Assembly (NCBI RefSeq): GCF_041146345.1 | Contig: NW_027191419.1 | Location: forward strand, 124,001 to 188,000 | Length of the DNA stretch: 64,000 bases | Reading direction: 5' to 3' | Source of the DNA: Neodothiora populina | Taxonomy: Eukaryota | Shown here: piece after piece, positions 60,083 to 64,000 of the stretch | Position numbering within the stretch: the first letter of the stretch is position 1 | How the letters are laid out: each line of letters begins with the position of its first letter | Program-made: the position numbers and the translations under genes | Notes under the pieces: model-generated | The model's database searches: none | Told to the model about the DNA's origin: nothing | Seen by the model: the letters and a program-made list of their open reading frames with translations, nothing else

Positions 60083-61135
60083 ATGGACAAGCAAGGAAAG
60101 CCTGAGCAGCCGCAACAGCAGCAGCAGCAGGTGGTGGTCGCACCAGATGCCGCCTCTATCCTCTTGCCTGCTCTCAAATTCGGCTCTATAACTGGTAAGC
60201 CTTGGCTTTTTTGTATTGTCGTTGTCACGTTTTCTGTTTTCCCCTTTTCCACAATGCTATCGAAAAAAGAAAAGAGAAGGAAAGTTCATGCGGGAGCTGA
60301 GCGTGATCCTGGGTCATTCTCTTGTCTTCATTTCCCATCTCGAAGCAATGAAGAATGAATGTGTTCATCTTTTCGTATCATCTAGATGATTTATATTACA
60401 TTTCTCCTCTAGTCACACACCACTTACAACCCCCCTTCCTTCATCAGCGCTCTCATCATATTAACAATAGAAAAACAGGTTCAGCAGGCCTAGTAGTAGG
60501 CAGCGTAGCGGGCGTCCTCCGCAACGCGCCCGCCGTCTTCTTCGCCGCCGCCTCGGGAATCCAATGGTTCGGCCTAGGCACGACCTACTGGGGCACGCGC
60601 AACTTCCTGATCCGCGGCTGGGACACGGGCAACGGCGTCACGCCCCGTGAGCGAGTGTCGGCCAGTGCCACAGCTGGTGCAGTGGCCGGGGGTGGGGTGG
60701 GCCTCTTGACTCGTATGTTTTCTCTTTTTTCTTTCCTTTTGGAAGGGGTTTGAGGGCAGAATGGCTGGCTTATAGACGTGACGAACAGGCGGTCCTCGGA
60801 ACTTGCTCCCTGGCGGTATCATGTTCGGCCTCTTTGGCTTCGCGGGCCAATCGCTGTATAACATCTTCTTCGACAAGTCTTTACCCTCGGCGTCAGCATC
60901 GTCAACAGATACGGATGAACAGCCGCAAAACTTCTGGCAACGCGTGGCGGCTAAGAAATGGACGCCGTTCACCGTTCTCACTGATGCGCAGTACAAGGAC
61001 ATGTTGAGCGAGAAACTGCTGAGGTTGGACGCGGAGATTGCGCTTGTGGATGAGAAGATTGAGGAGTTGACAAGGGTCGCTAACGAAGATGGCGGTGCTG
61101 TCGAGGAGACGCGGGGCAGGGAAGGTGGCAAGTGA
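60083..61135 (+). CDS. Small membrane protein, Tim17/Tim22/Tim23/Pmp24-like, with C-terminal coiled coil
   Basis: Three exons (introns ~60195-60478 and ~60713-60788); Gly-rich TM segments GSAGLVVGSVAGVLR, SGIQWFGLGTTYW, AGAVAGGGVG, PGGIMFGLFGFAGQ; tail YKDMLSEKLLRLDAEIALVDEKIEEL. Confidence 0.7.
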
Positions 61136-61428
61136 AATGGGGACTCGAGGGTTCGTGGGTATTGAGAAGCAAGGTAGAAGCAGGGGCGAATACACATCAG
61201 TTACGTCTTGTTGCCCCTTGACGGAAGTTTTGTACGATATTTTCTTTTCAGAAAGGGGGGTTTGTTCTTCTTGTATATATGATTTATCAATTATTATGTG
61301 CGTACATATAATTCCGATACATGGAGCCCTTATATACGTTTACACATGCTCGTACATCGTACAATAAATCGACAGTCGAACTCTATACAGAACCAACATC
61401 CACACTGGCTCAGCTAGATAGAGGGAGC

Positions 61429-64000
61429 TCACCACGGCACCCTCCTCACATGAGACGGGGCCGCAGACGATGGACCAGCAGCAGCAGTAGCAGCTGTCCG
61501 GCCCGACGACGAGGACGATGACGAAGGTCCTCGAACAACAATGTCAGCAGCCCAGTCATGAGTCGTCGAGTGCGGCTTCCGCTTGGCATCCTCCAACTCT
61601 CGGAGATATCTACTCGCACGACCAGCTTGCCAAGGTACGTCCACCTCTCGCAGGTCCAGATGTTGATAGCCTGGGTTCTGATGGGGCATATATGGTCTTT
61701 CGTCCAGAAACTGGCTTTGAGTGTCGAGTGACGTTGATAACGACGAGGCTTTTCTTCTTCCTTTAGATTTGGGTTTGCTTTCTGGCGAGTTGTTCTCCTT
61801 GTCTTCTGCTGGAGAGACGGAGGATTTTCTAGTGGTTGTTGATGAAGTAGAGCCACTGGGTCTGATGTCCTTGATTATTGACCTGAGTTCAGCGTCGTTG
61901 CTCGTCACTTGGGCACGGAGATATGGCATTTCGTTGTCTTGGACCAGACCGGCCATGACGGGGGTGCGTGGCGTGTAGTCGAATCTTTCTGGCTGCGGTG
62001 GGTCCGTGGGCACAATGGCTGGGTCGAGATATGCCTCCTCGCCTTTGCTGAGAAGCTGCAAGATGTCGAGACTCTCTCCCGGCGGTATGGCGGAGGGATG
62101 GGATGGTGTAATGCAGTCCATATCCACTTCTTTGCGGAGAACGTGATCTACATCAACGGCAGAGAAGTAAGCACAAGACTGAGGCAAGTCGCTGATGCCC
62201 ATCTGCTGGCTGAACATTGCTCTAGTCCAGACATTGGCGATCTGGAGCGCCATTACAGCACGGTATTTGTCTTCTTCCTTGACCAGATATCTGATTTCAT
62301 CGTGCACCGTGATCGAGAGACGAGCGTTGATGTTGTATCGCCGGGCCAGATACTCCATGGACACGACAAGCAGGTGAAGATAGTCCACTCCGCTTGACTG
62401 GATCGCCCAGTTGATGCGCGAAGTCATGAAGCCTCCTTTGCTGATGAAGCGGCGCATCAGTGCTTCGGTGATACCTGCACCAAGTACAGGGGTGCGCGGT
62501 CGTTCCTGTTCAGCAAAGTCTTCGAGCTTGTTGAACACAAAACTCTCGGTGCCTCCACGCCAGAAAGAACGCTCGTGAAGCATTTTGCGCGTCGTCTTCT
62601 GTCCTTTTGTGTTTTTGTACAGCTTGTCTGCGATCTCAGCCGCCTGGGCATCGTTCAGACTCGGGTTGAATTGTCGAAGCAATGTGGATGCAAACTTCAA
62701 CCCAGCACCGTATATGCGACCGTAATTGAAGACTTTGGCATCATTGCGAGAAATACCCAGGATCTGCGCTGTACGAGAGTGCAAGTCGGTGCCTTCGGCC
62801 TTTGTGCCTTCCAGAGTCATGAAGCCAATGGCGTTACCACCATGCAACTTGAATGATGCGTCACCGACCAGAGATGCGATCCAGAGCTCTTGCGAATCGA
62901 CATCAGCCCCGACAAAGATGTAACCAGGAGGCGCCTTCACCATGGACTTGAGCTCAGAGCCGACGCGGTTTTTCTTGGCGTTGCTGGCAGTGAGCCAGGT
63001 GTTTTCCACGGCTCTCCTTGTGATTGTGCCCATCGGGATGATCTGTGGGAGGATATAGCCGTTCGTGGAAGAAGCATCTGCACCGGCCCCTTCACCTTCA
63101 TAAACCACCATCTGGGTCATAATGCGGTCTCGGGCGCTGATCCAGTAGGAGCAAGAGGCGTTCATCTGCAAAGCCTCCTTGGCATACTCGTACTCCGAGG
63201 ACAAAGTGCCATTCTCAAAATACTGGAGATACCCCTTGGCTAATGGGCTGGCGCATCTCGCGGCTGGTCCGTCCTTGTGTGGAAGCTTGAAATATACATT
63301 GCGGCGATCGGCTCGTAAGATCTCATTCTCTTCTTCAGACATGTCGCAGTCGTGTACACCCTTGTCGTGGTATTTCTTCGAGTCTTGCACAGGAACCCGG
63401 AAGGTCCAGCCGTGCTTGTCGGACCAGACAAGAGGATAGCCATCCCAAGCCAGACGCAGGAGTAAAGGAGCCACGCGGGTGCGCACAGTCAATGTTATCG
63501 GAGCATCGTTCTTTGCGAACAGATCCTTGTACCATTGGGGCATACCGGGCATCTTCTGTCGAGCAGCGGGTCGCGGAGGATCACCTTTTTTTTTACCTTT
63601 GACCATGCGGACCTCTTGGCCAGACCAATCGAGTTGGTTCAGCCATGGGTCATCTTCGAATTTCTCTGGCTGTGCCTTCAGCTGCAGAGCTTTCGCAGCA
63701 AGATCGGCAAGACGCTGCTCTACAGCATCGGAAAGCTTTCGATAGGTAGCCTCGGCATTGGCGATGTAGGCTTCCCATGAGCGGTTGACAGGCAGGATCT
63801 CTGCAGACAAGTGACGGAGTGCGGCGAAGCTCACGGGGTGCGGGCAGGTCTCGAGGAATAGAGGGAAGACCTTCCTGTAGACCTTGTGGGTGATGTCGAC
63901 GTCTGCAGCGCAGTAGTCCAGCAGTTCGTCCAGCCTCTCCCGTATCACATCGAGCTCGAGCTCACTAAAGTACTCCCGCTTCGCTTTGTCGATGGTGATG
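61429..64000 (-). CDS. MIP1: Mitochondrial DNA polymerase gamma, 5' end outside the window
   Basis: Exo III YCAADV; motif A VGADVDSQELW; motif B RNDAKVFNYGRIYGAG; motif C ITVHDEIRY; TRRAVENTWLTASN. The frame stays open to the window edge. Confidence 0.96.
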   Translation of the reverse strand, partial: ITIDKAKREYFSELELDVIRERLDELLDYCAADVDITHKVYRKVFPLFLETCPHPVSFAALRHLSAEILPVNRSWEAYIANAEATYRKLSDAVEQRLADLAAKALQLKAQPEKFEDDPWLNQLDWSGQEVRMVKGKKKGDPPRPAARQKMPGMPQWYKDLFAKNDAPITLTVRTRVAPLLLRLAWDGYPLVWSDKHGWTFRVPVQDSKKYHDKGVHDCDMSEEENEILRADRRNVYFKLPHKDGPAARCASPLAKGYLQYFENGTLSSEYEYAKEALQMNASCSYWISARDRIMTQMVVYEGEGAGADASSTNGYILPQIIPMGTITRRAVENTWLTASNAKKNRVGSELKSMVKAPPGYIFVGADVDSQELWIASLVGDASFKLHGGNAIGFMTLEGTKAEGTDLHSRTAQILGISRNDAKVFNYGRIYGAGLKFASTLLRQFNPSLNDAQAAEIADKLYKNTKGQKTTRKMLHERSFWRGGTESFVFNKLEDFAEQERPRTPVLGAGITEALMRRFISKGGFMTSRINWAIQSSGVDYLHLLVVSMEYLARRYNINARLSITVHDEIRYLVKEEDKYRAVMALQIANVWTRAMFSQQMGISDLPQSCAYFSAVDVDHVLRKEVDMDCITPSHPSAIPPGESLDILQLLSKGEEAYLDPAIVPTDPPQPERFDYTPRTPVMAGLVQDNEMPYLRAQVTSNDAELRSIIKDIRPSGSTSSTTTRKSSVSPAEDKENNSPESKPKSKGRRKASSLSTSLDTQSQFLDERPYMPHQNPGYQHLDLREVDVPWQAGRASRYLRELEDAKRKPHSTTHDWAADIVVRGPSSSSSSSGRTAATAAAGPSSAAPSHVRRVPW

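Overview
Gene-dense filamentous ascomycete (Pezizomycotina-like) nuclear DNA with short GT-AG introns and about 19 protein-coding genes. I saw no tRNA, rRNA, CRISPR array or recognisable transposon. Genes in order: ABCB/MDR1 transporter, 7TM-like membrane protein, histidine acid phosphatase, MINDY deubiquitinase, stand-alone GAR synthetase, Zn2Cys6-DUF3425 regulator, ARPC3, homoserine kinase-AIR synthetase fusion, PIG-P protein, WOPR (Wor1/Sge1-type) regulator behind a ~8.7 kb gene-free region, cardiolipin synthase, alpha-arrestin, TfdA/TauD dioxygenase, MFS transporter, DUF4449-like protein, UPRT, eIF4B, Tim17/22-like protein and the 3' part of DNA polymerase gamma. Main finding: the normally bifunctional fungal ADE5,7 (GARS-AIRS) is split. 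GARS is a free gene ending at its domain boundary. AIRS lies 7.8 kb downstream on the same strand, fused in frame to the C-terminus of homoserine kinase (THR1). Secondary findings: strong non-coding enrichment of TACAGTA/TACTGTA, a 3-nt micro-exon in eIF4B, a probable multi-intron 5' leader on the WOPR gene, and candidate cis-elements. Family calls come from motif recognition by eye; no searches were run. Exon models are predictions from splice signals.
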